NCBI GenBank assembly: GCA_964645485.1
Contig: CAZXZO010000002.1
Span: 74,212-138,211 of the forward strand
Length of the DNA stretch: 64,000 nt
Origin: an uncultured Candidatus Poseidoniales archaeon
GTDB taxonomy: Archaea > Thermoplasmatota > Poseidoniia > Poseidoniales > Thalassarchaeaceae
Direction of reading: 5' to 3'
Part shown: positions 51,787 to 60,366 of the stretch, piece by piece
How positions within the stretch are numbered: position 1 is the first letter of the stretch
Layout of the letters: every line of letters begins with the position of its first letter
The notes under the pieces: model-generated
The model's input: only the letters and a program-made list of their open reading frames with translations
Told to the model about the DNA's origin: nothing
The model's database searches: none
Position numbers and translations under genes: made by a program

Positions 51787-53399
51787 CGGTGATCACCGAT
51801 TATCGTCCACCACAACTTGCAGATTCATTTTGGGTTACTTTCAGAATGATGTTCAAGGAAGAGTGGCGACAGGCTGTTGACTTTTCTCGCCGACGTCACA
51901 TTGCACTTTTTCCTGTAATGCTAGCATTGTTGTCAATGATTTTGACAGTAGGGTTGAGGTATCTAACTGGTGAAGTTCTCGTTTCATCAGATACTGAAAG
52001 CCAAGCGTTTACTTGGGACCAATTGAAATTATACATGCATGGTGGAATCTTTGCATTTTCTCTATCAATGGGGTCATTTGCATTTATTGGAAGAGTGATG
52101 GTTTCTCAACGAGCAGGTGGCAAAAATTTCTTGCTTGCAATTCCTGCAGTACAACCACTAGATTTGGTTACGAATTACTTTGCATATTACTCAAAGGAAG
52201 TCTCATACTATGTTTTGATGCTCTTAGTTCCTACAATTATAGGCATGGCAGGAGGGATTTTACTAGAACAATTCGCCGGGCTTTCAACACCTCTTGAGTG
52301 GGCTTCACTTCCAGTTGTACTACTTGCTTTAACCACCACATTATCTCAAGGTTTAGCACTTTCATTCATTGCTTCCGCACTTTTCAGTAAGGGTGGAAAA
52401 TGGTCCTACACAATACCACTTATCGGGATTTCAATAGGGTTGCTTGGAGCATTACAAATTGTTGATATTCGATTATTAATTCCTGGGATGCTTTACCAAT
52501 TTTCACATCAACATTGGATACCGTTGGTAACTATTCCTCTGTCATTTTTGCTAGCGTACATAGGTGCTCATTTAGTTCCGGATGATTTTGAAATCCATGT
52601 TACGACTAAGAGCGAATTATTCACACCAGTTTGGGAAAGACTTCCGTTCCTCGGTAACGGGACACTGCGTTTGCTGGTGGCAAAAGATTTGGTTGATTTG
52701 TGGCGTTCAAATACCTTAGTGAAGATGCTCATCTCATACACTGTACCACTACTTTTCCTCTTGTTATTGGCGTGGCTTGTAGATTTTGCATCATTCCCAA
52801 TCCCATTCAATCTACTATCCTATGCACCGTTTCTCGGATTTTTTGGGTTCCAATTTTACTCTTGGCTCAATGGTATGGATTCCCCCGATTATCTCAATGG
52901 ATTTCCAGTTGCTCTTCCAGAATTATTACGTGCGAAAATTGTCGTTTACTTTTTGATTACAACTTGGATTTCGGTCATCTTTTTGTTTGTGATGTCAGTC
53001 GTTTTAGACCAATTGTGGGCATTACCAGCCGCTCTAATTGTGATGGTTGCTAATTCAATTTACATCGTTAGTTTAACAGCCTTATTGATGGGGCCACGCC
53101 CCAATAAGGCAATTTTTGATATTTCAATTATGGCGTGGTTCTACATCGGAACAATCATCCCTCTTCTTGCCTTATTCCTTATCTCATTCACCCAAGGTGA
53201 TATGACGATTTACGAAAATTGGGGGCAGATGGTTTCAGAGGAGGGGCTGAATGCGACCACTTCTGTATTGGTTGAGGAGAATGTTGCTGGTAGAGGATTG
53301 CGAGGAATTCTTGGAGTTAGTGCTGGATTAATCATTCTAGGAATTGCATTCCTAATGATGCTTAACCGAAGATGGGGTCGAAAGCCATTTGAGAACTGA
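51783..53399 (+). CDS. Putative ABC exporter permease
   Basis: About 12-14 hydrophobic segments; start overlaps the ATPase stop (GTGA). Confidence 0.7.
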   Translation: MTVITDYRPPQLADSFWVTFRMMFKEEWRQAVDFSRRRHIALFPVMLALLSMILTVGLRYLTGEVLVSSDTESQAFTWDQLKLYMHGGIFAFSLSMGSFAFIGRVMVSQRAGGKNFLLAIPAVQPLDLVTNYFAYYSKEVSYYVLMLLVPTIIGMAGGILLEQFAGLSTPLEWASLPVVLLALTTTLSQGLALSFIASALFSKGGKWSYTIPLIGISIGLLGALQIVDIRLLIPGMLYQFSHQHWIPLVTIPLSFLLAYIGAHLVPDDFEIHVTTKSELFTPVWERLPFLGNGTLRLLVAKDLVDLWRSNTLVKMLISYTVPLLFLLLLAWLVDFASFPIPFNLLSYAPFLGFFGFQFYSWLNGMDSPDYLNGFPVALPELLRAKIVVYFLITTWISVIFLFVMSVVLDQLWALPAALIVMVANSIYIVSLTALLMGPRPNKAIFDISIMAWFYIGTIIPLLALFLISFTQGDMTIYENWGQMVSEEGLNATTSVLVEENVAGRGLRGILGVSAGLIILGIAFLMMLNRRWGRKPFEN

Positions 53400-53542
53400 G
53401 AAATTTCTTTCACAGTTGTTTACTCAATTTGAAAAAGATAGTCCGTGAAACTACCAACAATTGGATGTTCTATTCCAAAGCCATTTTCTATAACCAAAGG
53501 TTATAGTGAAAAGACAACGGTCGCATAAGCGGAGACGGAGGT

Positions 53543-55075
53543 TTGGACATGGCACGAAAAGGACGTGGTCGACCTCAACGCCAACGTAGAAAGCGTCAGA
53601 AGCAACAATATGAGGAACTTGACAAGTATCCAGTAGCACCCCCTCATTCTTTTGCTAGGATTGTTCGTGACCTCAGAACATTGAATATTATTTATCAAGC
53701 CATAGAACCACCTCTAAACAAGAAGGAACAGTTACAATTTGAGGAAATAATGGATATTTATGTTCGTTCTTTGACTGCAGATATTGAAGAAATTGATACG
53801 GACCCGGAGGGTTATTTGCGAGCGGCAATGGACCAAATCATCAAATCCTATGGGATGAGAATCACGAAGAAGTCACGCTCGAAGATTTTTTACTATCTTA
53901 AGCGTGATTTGATTGGATATGGCCGAATGGATGTTCTGATGAATGATGCGAATGTTGAGGACGTATCCTTAGATGGTACTGGAATCCCAATTTTCGCATA
54001 CCATCGAAAGTTTGAGTCTGTTGAGACATCAATTCTCTGGCCTACTGACGAAGAACTTGAATCGTATGTTATCAAGTTGGCACAACGTTGTGGTAAACAC
54101 ATATCTGTGGCCGAACCATTACTTGACGCAACTCTGATGGATGGTTCGAGAATTGTCATGAAATTGGGTTATGAAATTTCAACGAAAGGTTCAACTTTTT
54201 GTATACGCAGATTCCGTGAAGACCCATTCTCGCCTTGTGATATTGTTGCATTCCGAACCATGACTTCACTAATGGTTGCCTACTTGTGGATTTGTTTCCA
54301 ACAAGGAATCTCAATGCTGTTTGTAGGTGGAACGGCATCGGGCAAAACCACAACTCTCAATGCAATGGCTCTGTTTATTCCATGGCAAATGAAAATCGTC
54401 AGTATTGAGTCGACTCGTGAAGTTAACATCCCTCAACCAAATTGGATTCCAGGGTTAACTCGACAAGGTTTCGGCGGTGAATCTGATGATGGTGTGATTG
54501 GAGAATTCGAACTATTGAAGGCCGCTCTAAGAGAGCGACCTGAATACATTATTGTAGGTGAGATTCGTGGTGCGGAAGCTTATGTTTTGTTCCAAGCGAT
54601 GGCTACTGGACACTGTTCATATTCAACTGTTCACGCCGACTCAGTCCCTTCACTAGTTCACAGATTAGAGAACAAACCAATTGATATTCCTCGTGTTCTT
54701 CTTCCTGCTTTGGAAGCCTGTGTGATTCAAATTCAAACCCGTATTAATGGTCGCCGTGTTAGGCGTTCAAAACAGATTGTTGAGATTGTAGGTGTTGACC
54801 CTCACAGTTTGGAAGTAATTACCAATGAAGTGTTCAAATGGGACCCTTCAAGAGATGACTTCGATTTCTCTGGTAAATCCTATGTTCTTGAGAAAATCAT
54901 GGTTAAAATCAATTACACCCAAGAACGAATGCGTGATGAATTGCGTACTAGAAAGCGAATCCTTGATTGGATGGTTCTCAATGATATCCGTAAAGCCGAT
55001 CAAGTTGCTCAAATAATCACTGAATATTATGTCAGGCCTCAAGCAGTTCTTGCAAGAGTTGATGGTCTACAGTGA
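53543..55075 (+). CDS. Type II/IV secretion (Tad/VirB11-like) pilus assembly ATPase
   Basis: IRRF, GGTASGKTT (Walker A), SIES..E (Asp box), RERPEYIIVGEIRG (Walker B), STVHA (His box). Confidence 0.93.
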   Translation: MDMARKGRGRPQRQRRKRQKQQYEELDKYPVAPPHSFARIVRDLRTLNIIYQAIEPPLNKKEQLQFEEIMDIYVRSLTADIEEIDTDPEGYLRAAMDQIIKSYGMRITKKSRSKIFYYLKRDLIGYGRMDVLMNDANVEDVSLDGTGIPIFAYHRKFESVETSILWPTDEELESYVIKLAQRCGKHISVAEPLLDATLMDGSRIVMKLGYEISTKGSTFCIRRFREDPFSPCDIVAFRTMTSLMVAYLWICFQQGISMLFVGGTASGKTTTLNAMALFIPWQMKIVSIESTREVNIPQPNWIPGLTRQGFGGESDDGVIGEFELLKAALRERPEYIIVGEIRGAEAYVLFQAMATGHCSYSTVHADSVPSLVHRLENKPIDIPRVLLPALEACVIQIQTRINGRRVRRSKQIVEIVGVDPHSLEVITNEVFKWDPSRDDFDFSGKSYVLEKIMVKINYTQERMRDELRTRKRILDWMVLNDIRKADQVAQIITEYYVRPQAVLARVDGLQ

Positions 55076-55089
55076 GAGAGGTGAAATGA

Positions 55090-56187
55090 TTGGCCAAGGA
55101 GGCGGAAGAGAAAAAAGTCCGCTTTGACGGAATGATTCTTTCGGGTTGGCAACGATTTTCCAATGCTCTGTTAGGCAAAATCTTACGGAAAAAAGTTCGT
55201 GAGGACACAGATCTTCAAAAAACACTGTTACAGGCAGATATTCGAATCATGCCTGAGGTTTACAAAGCCACAGCAATTATGTCTACAGTAGTTGCTTTTG
55301 GGATTTTTATCGGAGTCCTAGTGTTAGCATTGCTACCAGAAATCGGAGCATTTGCGTTATGGGAAAATATGCAAAATCCAGAGTCAATTTATCCGTGTAT
55401 TGATTGGGCATTCTGGCACGCCAACGATGTTGATCCGAGTATCGACTGGAGTGGAGAGGGCCCTGATGGTGTGACTGTTGCGTATGGTGGCTGCCCTCAC
55501 TATTCAACAAAAGTAGTACCCGGCATGGTAAGGTTCGGGTTGATTGCAGTTTGTGGATTCTTCGGACCATACTTCTCATACAAGCATTTCTTGGGTACTG
55601 CTGAGAGGCGGAAGAAAGAGCGCTCAGAAGCACTTGAGAAGTACCTTCCATACGCTGCATCATACACAGCAGCAATGTCTGCAGCAAACGCAACCCCTGC
55701 AAACATCTTCAAATCTCTAGCATTGAATCAGGATATTTATGGTGACATTGCTTATGATTCAGCGATGATTTATCGTGATATTACTCTTCTTGGCATGGAC
55801 TTAGTAACTGCAATCAGACTTTCCGTAGACCGAGCGGCATCCCCTTGGGTGTCAGAATTCTTCCAAGGGATGGTTGGGACATTATCATCAGGCGGAAGTT
55901 TGAAAATTTATTTCCTGAATAGAGCAGAACACTACATGCGAGAAAACCGAACTAGACTCGGTGTTTTCCTTGAGACACTAGCAATGATGGCTGAGTCATA
56001 TGTTGTGGTTGCAGTTGCAATGCCACTGTTCCTGATTGTCATGCTCGTCATCATGTTCTGGGTTTCAGGTGCTGGTTCTGAAATTTCCGAAGGAATGGTT
56101 TACGCGGTTGTGCTTGGAGTACTTCCTGTGATTCACATTTCTTATTCTGCTTTGGTTTGGTTAATGAGTAAAGAGATGGAGATGTGA
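55090..56187 (+). CDS. TadC/T2SSF-like pilus platform protein 1
   Basis: L.QADI...PE.Y, LPYAASY.AAMS, YGDIA, G.DL..A, SP..SEFFQG, LAMMAESY. Confidence 0.85.
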   Translation: MAKEAEEKKVRFDGMILSGWQRFSNALLGKILRKKVREDTDLQKTLLQADIRIMPEVYKATAIMSTVVAFGIFIGVLVLALLPEIGAFALWENMQNPESIYPCIDWAFWHANDVDPSIDWSGEGPDGVTVAYGGCPHYSTKVVPGMVRFGLIAVCGFFGPYFSYKHFLGTAERRKKERSEALEKYLPYAASYTAAMSAANATPANIFKSLALNQDIYGDIAYDSAMIYRDITLLGMDLVTAIRLSVDRAASPWVSEFFQGMVGTLSSGGSLKIYFLNRAEHYMRENRTRLGVFLETLAMMAESYVVVAVAMPLFLIVMLVIMFWVSGAGSEISEGMVYAVVLGVLPVIHISYSALVWLMSKEMEM

Positions 56188-56203
56188 GACGGGGGGGTGA
56201 AAA

Positions 56204-57748
56204 ATGGCAAGAAGAAACAAGAAAAAGAAGATTCGCGTTGATCTTAATTTCCCTAAGGACGATAACACTCGACGTAATTTCCTTATGATTTCAATTTCCT
56301 CGGCCCTTATTGGCATAGTGTTCCTTGCTTTTTGGGCTACCAATGCAAGCCTAGTTTTTGGAATTTTGACCCCGGCTCCAGCCAATGGTAATCCCGTATT
56401 CATTAACACCGCTTGTGGCTTTGACCCAAATATGGCATTGCCAGATTATACTCAAAATGAATCTTGTTTCTTTACCAAAGAAAGAACTGCTACTCAAACA
56501 ATGGAAGTTGAGTGGGATAATGTGAAGGGGCCAGGAAGAGGTCAAGAGTTTGATGTCACCGGCATCGCTCCTGAAAGATTAGGAACACTCTCTCATCCGC
56601 CCCAAGAAATGAGAATGTCTTGCGTTGCTGTAGCCGATGAAGATTTTCCGTATACAATAAAAATATGGGAACCATCAACAGGTGGTGGACTAGGGACCTC
56701 TTATTCCGTATCAGGAGTAACTAATCAAGACGGTGATTGTTACTTAGAAGTGATGAACGCTCTACCGGGTGAAGGATGGGAAGTTTGGTTACAATTTGAT
56801 AGAAGTTATCCACGAATGAAAGAGTTCACACTTACGCTTGAAGTTGATACATACGATGGCATCCCAGATTGGATGAACAGCAAAAATCAATTTATTGGGC
56901 CAGAAGTAAACCTCGGTCCATTCAACTTAAGGCCACTTATTTTCATCAATTTCTTCGGTTATGGTTTCATTTTCCTAGTTTATCCTGGTGCAGTGTACTG
57001 GGATAAAAAGATGAAAGCAATCAATGCAATGGAAGAGAAATTCCCTGACTTCCTTCGTGATTTGGCGGAATATTGGAAAGGTGGATTGTCGATGACGTTA
57101 GCGGTTAGAACATTGGCAAATTCAGAATACGGTTCCTTGAATAGCGAAGTCCAGAAAATGTCCCAGCAATTATCGTGGGGTGTAGCATTTGGCGATGTCA
57201 TTGTTTTGTTTGCTGAAAGGGTAGGAACACCACTTGTCAAACGAGCAATTAGTTTGATTGGGGAGGCGAATAAGGCAGGTGGAAAAATTTCCGATATCTT
57301 GGTTACAGCGGCTAATGATAGTCGTGAAATAAAATTCCTTGAGGGGGAACGAGAACGAGCAATTGCCTCATACATTGCAGTTATTTGGACTTCATATTTC
57401 GTTTTCCTAGGTGTTATTGTTGTTCTTGCGAAGGTTTTCATTCCAGCAATTTCATCAGCAAATTCTGGTGACGACAGCGCTCAAATTGGAAACATGGTAA
57501 TTCGTGCAATCGACCCTCTATTCTTCCTAGTTGTGTTCTTCTATGGTGTGACCGCTCAAGGTCTTGGTAACGGGGCGATGGCTGGATTGATGGCTACAGG
57601 CAGACTATCAAGTGGTATGAAACACGCTGGAATGATGCTAATCATCTCAACTATCGCGTTTAATTTCGTAGCATTCTCACCGGATTTGTTAGGAGTTCCA
57701 GGAGACATGGGTTTGAATCCTGCCCTTGGCTACTTCTCACCAGGGTGA
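56204..57748 (+). CDS. TadC/T2SSF-like pilus platform protein 2 with large ectodomain
   Basis: MEEKFPDFLRDLAE..KGG.S, YGSL..EV..M...LSWG, EANKAGG.I.DIL, Y..VI..SY.VFL. Confidence 0.85.
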   Translation: MARRNKKKKIRVDLNFPKDDNTRRNFLMISISSALIGIVFLAFWATNASLVFGILTPAPANGNPVFINTACGFDPNMALPDYTQNESCFFTKERTATQTMEVEWDNVKGPGRGQEFDVTGIAPERLGTLSHPPQEMRMSCVAVADEDFPYTIKIWEPSTGGGLGTSYSVSGVTNQDGDCYLEVMNALPGEGWEVWLQFDRSYPRMKEFTLTLEVDTYDGIPDWMNSKNQFIGPEVNLGPFNLRPLIFINFFGYGFIFLVYPGAVYWDKKMKAINAMEEKFPDFLRDLAEYWKGGLSMTLAVRTLANSEYGSLNSEVQKMSQQLSWGVAFGDVIVLFAERVGTPLVKRAISLIGEANKAGGKISDILVTAANDSREIKFLEGERERAIASYIAVIWTSYFVFLGVIVVLAKVFIPAISSANSGDDSAQIGNMVIRAIDPLFFLVVFFYGVTAQGLGNGAMAGLMATGRLSSGMKHAGMMLIISTIAFNFVAFSPDLLGVPGDMGLNPALGYFSPG

Positions 57749-57755
57749 TGAGATA

Positions 57756-58217
57756 ATGAATCAGCGGCAGCTATCTCCAAATCCTCTAGCACAAGTCCAT
57801 GTGTTGGAAATGCTGACATTGTTTTGGCTATTTTTCATGTCAGCAACTTTCATTTTACAACTAGAGATTCCTGATCCTGTTTCAGCATCTTCTGATGGCC
57901 AGTTAGAATTGGCAGCCGAAGATGCATTTATTCAGCAAATGGGTGTTGAAGCAGATGACCTAACAAACCACACCAATCAACTAGCAGAAAGCCTTTCCGC
58001 CGGCGATTTAGATGAGACTTGTAACGAATTATTACAAGGGTTACCAGGCCAAGTACAAGGAAATTGTTGGCTTGCTAAAAACGAGGGTGATTTGGCAAGG
58101 TATGGTCAAGGTAGTACTCCTGATGGCAGAACTCTCAGCATTCACAAGTTGGTTGGGGATTCAGGAGATGTGTGGACAGTTTCACTCCAAGTATGGTATG
58201 TTGGAGGTGGAGTCTAA
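57756..58217 (+). CDS. Putative prepilin-like protein 1
   Basis: MNQRQLSPNPLA|QVHVLEMLTLFWLFFMSA: class III-like signal followed by a hydrophobic helix; in the pilus operon. Confidence 0.6.
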   Translation: MNQRQLSPNPLAQVHVLEMLTLFWLFFMSATFILQLEIPDPVSASSDGQLELAAEDAFIQQMGVEADDLTNHTNQLAESLSAGDLDETCNELLQGLPGQVQGNCWLAKNEGDLARYGQGSTPDGRTLSIHKLVGDSGDVWTVSLQVWYVGGGV

Positions 58218-58651
58218 TGAGGAGGCGGACAGACAATGACTCAGGTCAAATGTTGTTAGCAACTGGCATTATTTTGATGCTGTCACTTCTAGCAATGGCT
58301 TGGTTTGGAGTGTCTGTTGCGTCGCTAGGAGATCCGTACGATACTAGCAATGGTGAAGTCATAGAAGTCACCGATTCCTTTGGGGAAGTGTGGCAACCAA
58401 TTATCGAGAACAGAAGTAGTACTCTGATTGCAGATGGTGCGGATTGGCAAGAAGCAGTAGATGCTGCGGCTAACTCAACATCTGCTGACCTAATGCGACA
58501 TGGAGAGCATCGTGGCGTTGAAATAATTTTGAGTGATATTGCTGCTACTAATAACAGCGGTGTTTTCACCATTACCTGTGAAGTTGGAATCGCCGACCGG
58601 GGAGCCCGTCTGAAAACTACATCTCATGCAGTGGTGGTTGACCTAACATAG
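58217..58651 (+). CDS. Putative prepilin-like protein 2
   Basis: MRRRTDNDSG|QMLLATGIILMLSLLAMAWF: class III-like signal; start overlaps the previous stop (TAATG). Confidence 0.65.
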   Translation: MRRRTDNDSGQMLLATGIILMLSLLAMAWFGVSVASLGDPYDTSNGEVIEVTDSFGEVWQPIIENRSSTLIADGADWQEAVDAAANSTSADLMRHGEHRGVEIILSDIAATNNSGVFTITCEVGIADRGARLKTTSHAVVVDLT

Positions 58652-58652
58652 T

Positions 58653-59711
58653 CTATTCGAGCGCAGTTTGTGAAAGACGAGGTGCCATCATTCGCTTCCA
58701 CAGTGGTGGAATCAGACATGGCCAAAAGATGGCAAAATAACCAGAGGGAAGAGTTGGAGCATTCTCGTACGGCTCTAATTTCCAAAATGGTTTACTCGCC
58801 TCTAGGTGGTGGGCTGGATGGAGAGTTAACTCAAATAAAGTCCAGCGGGAAAGCCTCTTCAGAGTTTGCCACGAGTGCATTTCGGTTTGTTTCTCACCAA
58901 CCCCTCGGCGTAATCCATAATGCCGGATATAATTGACATATTCCAACAAGAAAATACTGACTGCAGCTTGATAGAGAATTGCAATCGCTACCCAAAGCCC
59001 TGCAAACCAGTAAACAATCCCAATGAATAATAATTCTAAAATCACCCCTTTGAACACCGGGTTAGAAATAAACAGAGTCGATTTATTCCTTTTCTGTAAT
59101 CGATTTTTCTCAATTCTCCAAGCGCTAGTAAATTGTCCTGGAACTGTTTGGAGAAGATGTATCCACAATCCTTTGCCTTGAGGGGCACTGGCAGCACATT
59201 TCTCGGTGGCAACATGCTTGTGGTGGTTGTGGTTGTGTTCAGTTGTGAAATGGAGATAAAGAGCACACATCAAATTCATTCTGGCTAACCACCATGGGAA
59301 AGAGCGTGGTTTGGTATGGCCAAGTTCATGTCCAACAACAATACCTGAAACGCCGGCGGAAATTCCTGTAGAAAAGCCGGCTAGCCATAATGAGGGTGAA
59401 TTGCCAACTAGGAATGCGTGATAAGCCAAAGTTGCGATAGTAATTGGGTTGAGCAGAGCATGGAGAACTAGAATTGTTTTGAATGGTGTGTCACTTTTTG
59501 GTGCTGATGTGGGTTTTGATGATTGTCCAGAGAGATGGTCAATAATTGGAAATATCACTAGAGCGATGATAATAGTTAAGCCGGCGAGAAATCCACCCAT
59601 CAGATTCCCGATTATCGCTGAAATTGGAATGATAAAACTTGCAAGATATGGATACCATGGACGGGGTTTCGCTTCAATCATTTTTTCACCGTAACTTATA
59701 CCATTCTTCAT
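58653..59711 (-). CDS. alkB: Alkane 1-monooxygenase AlkB (membrane di-iron, fatty-acid-desaturase superfamily)
   Basis: HELGH, EHNHNHH, NYIRHYG and LHPAHH boxes, HSW, P.LPSGY, L.PPLW...M; probable start ATG 59681 after SD GGTGA. Confidence 0.85.
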   Translation of the reverse strand: MKNGISYGEKMIEAKPRPWYPYLASFIIPISAIIGNLMGGFLAGLTIIIALVIFPIIDHLSGQSSKPTSAPKSDTPFKTILVLHALLNPITIATLAYHAFLVGNSPSLWLAGFSTGISAGVSGIVVGHELGHTKPRSFPWWLARMNLMCALYLHFTTEHNHNHHKHVATEKCAASAPQGKGLWIHLLQTVPGQFTSAWRIEKNRLQKRNKSTLFISNPVFKGVILELLFIGIVYWFAGLWVAIAILYQAAVSIFLLEYVNYIRHYGLRRGVGEKQTEMHSWQTLKRLSRWTLFELTLHPAHHLEASKPFWKLEPYENAPTLPSGYFAIFWPCLIPPLWKRMMAPRLSQTALE

Positions 59712-60312
59712 CTAATTGTTGTCTTACTTTCTCAACAAAATCATCTTGAAGGTGGGTGTCAACAACTCTCCATCCAACACCTTTTGCTCTTGTAATAAGT
59801 GCGGATTGGATTTGGCGAATACGCTCAAACGAAGCGAGATATCGGGATGCACCCCGATGGGTATTACTTTCCCTTTCCTCAATTCGTTCTTGATGTATTG
59901 TTGCATTATCAATTGTTAATGTTAATCCGATTGCAATCCCACCTTGATTCTTCCAATCTGTGAGGATACGATTTGATGGAATGATATGAGCACCTTCCAC
60001 GATTAAGTCAATTCCTTCTCTGCGTGCTCTTGATATCACTGCTTCAAGACCTGCTTCAACCGCTGAACAAGCATCGAGCCAATCAGTCGCAGAATCACCG
60101 GTTTCCCCGATTGAAAAAGTAGAACGGAATAGCGCGGGGTTTGCTGAAGGAGAAGTGGCAGTACGGAGGACTTCCCTAACTGTATCACTTCCTGCAATCC
60201 TATCGAATTGTAAAGCAGATGCTACTTGAGTGGCTAGAGTTGATTTACCAACGCCTGAAACGCCTGAAATCAACAACAATCGAGGGGGACGGTTGGTTTC
60301 AACACCTGTCAT
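59686..60312 (-). CDS. 2-phosphoglycerate-kinase-like P-loop kinase
   Basis: ISGVSGVGKST, SDTVREVLR, VISRARREG.D.IVEGAH, H.ERI..R, RY...FERIR.IQ; no ATP cone. Confidence 0.75.
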   Translation of the reverse strand: MTGVETNRPPRLLLISGVSGVGKSTLATQVASALQFDRIAGSDTVREVLRTATSPSANPALFRSTFSIGETGDSATDWLDACSAVEAGLEAVISRARREGIDLIVEGAHIIPSNRILTDWKNQGGIAIGLTLTIDNATIHQERIEERESNTHRGASRYLASFERIRQIQSALITRAKGVGWRVVDTHLQDDFVEKVRQQLDEEWYKLR

Positions 60313-60366
60313 GGTTTCTCTCTCCTGAATTGTTAACAGACTATTTCCCGTATAGACACTTTGTCC

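Noticed and set aside
53429-53457. TTGAAAAAGA and TGAAACTACCAA shared between the pilus promoter region and the 1.5-2.0 kb intergenic region (1599, 1942)
   Set aside because: 10-12-mer matches in AT-rich DNA are near chance expectation; too weak to claim a shared regulator.
53543-56187. Archaellum (flaI/flaJ) locus
   Set aside because: Two TadC paralogues rather than one FlaJ, and no flaH, flaF/G or archaellin genes.
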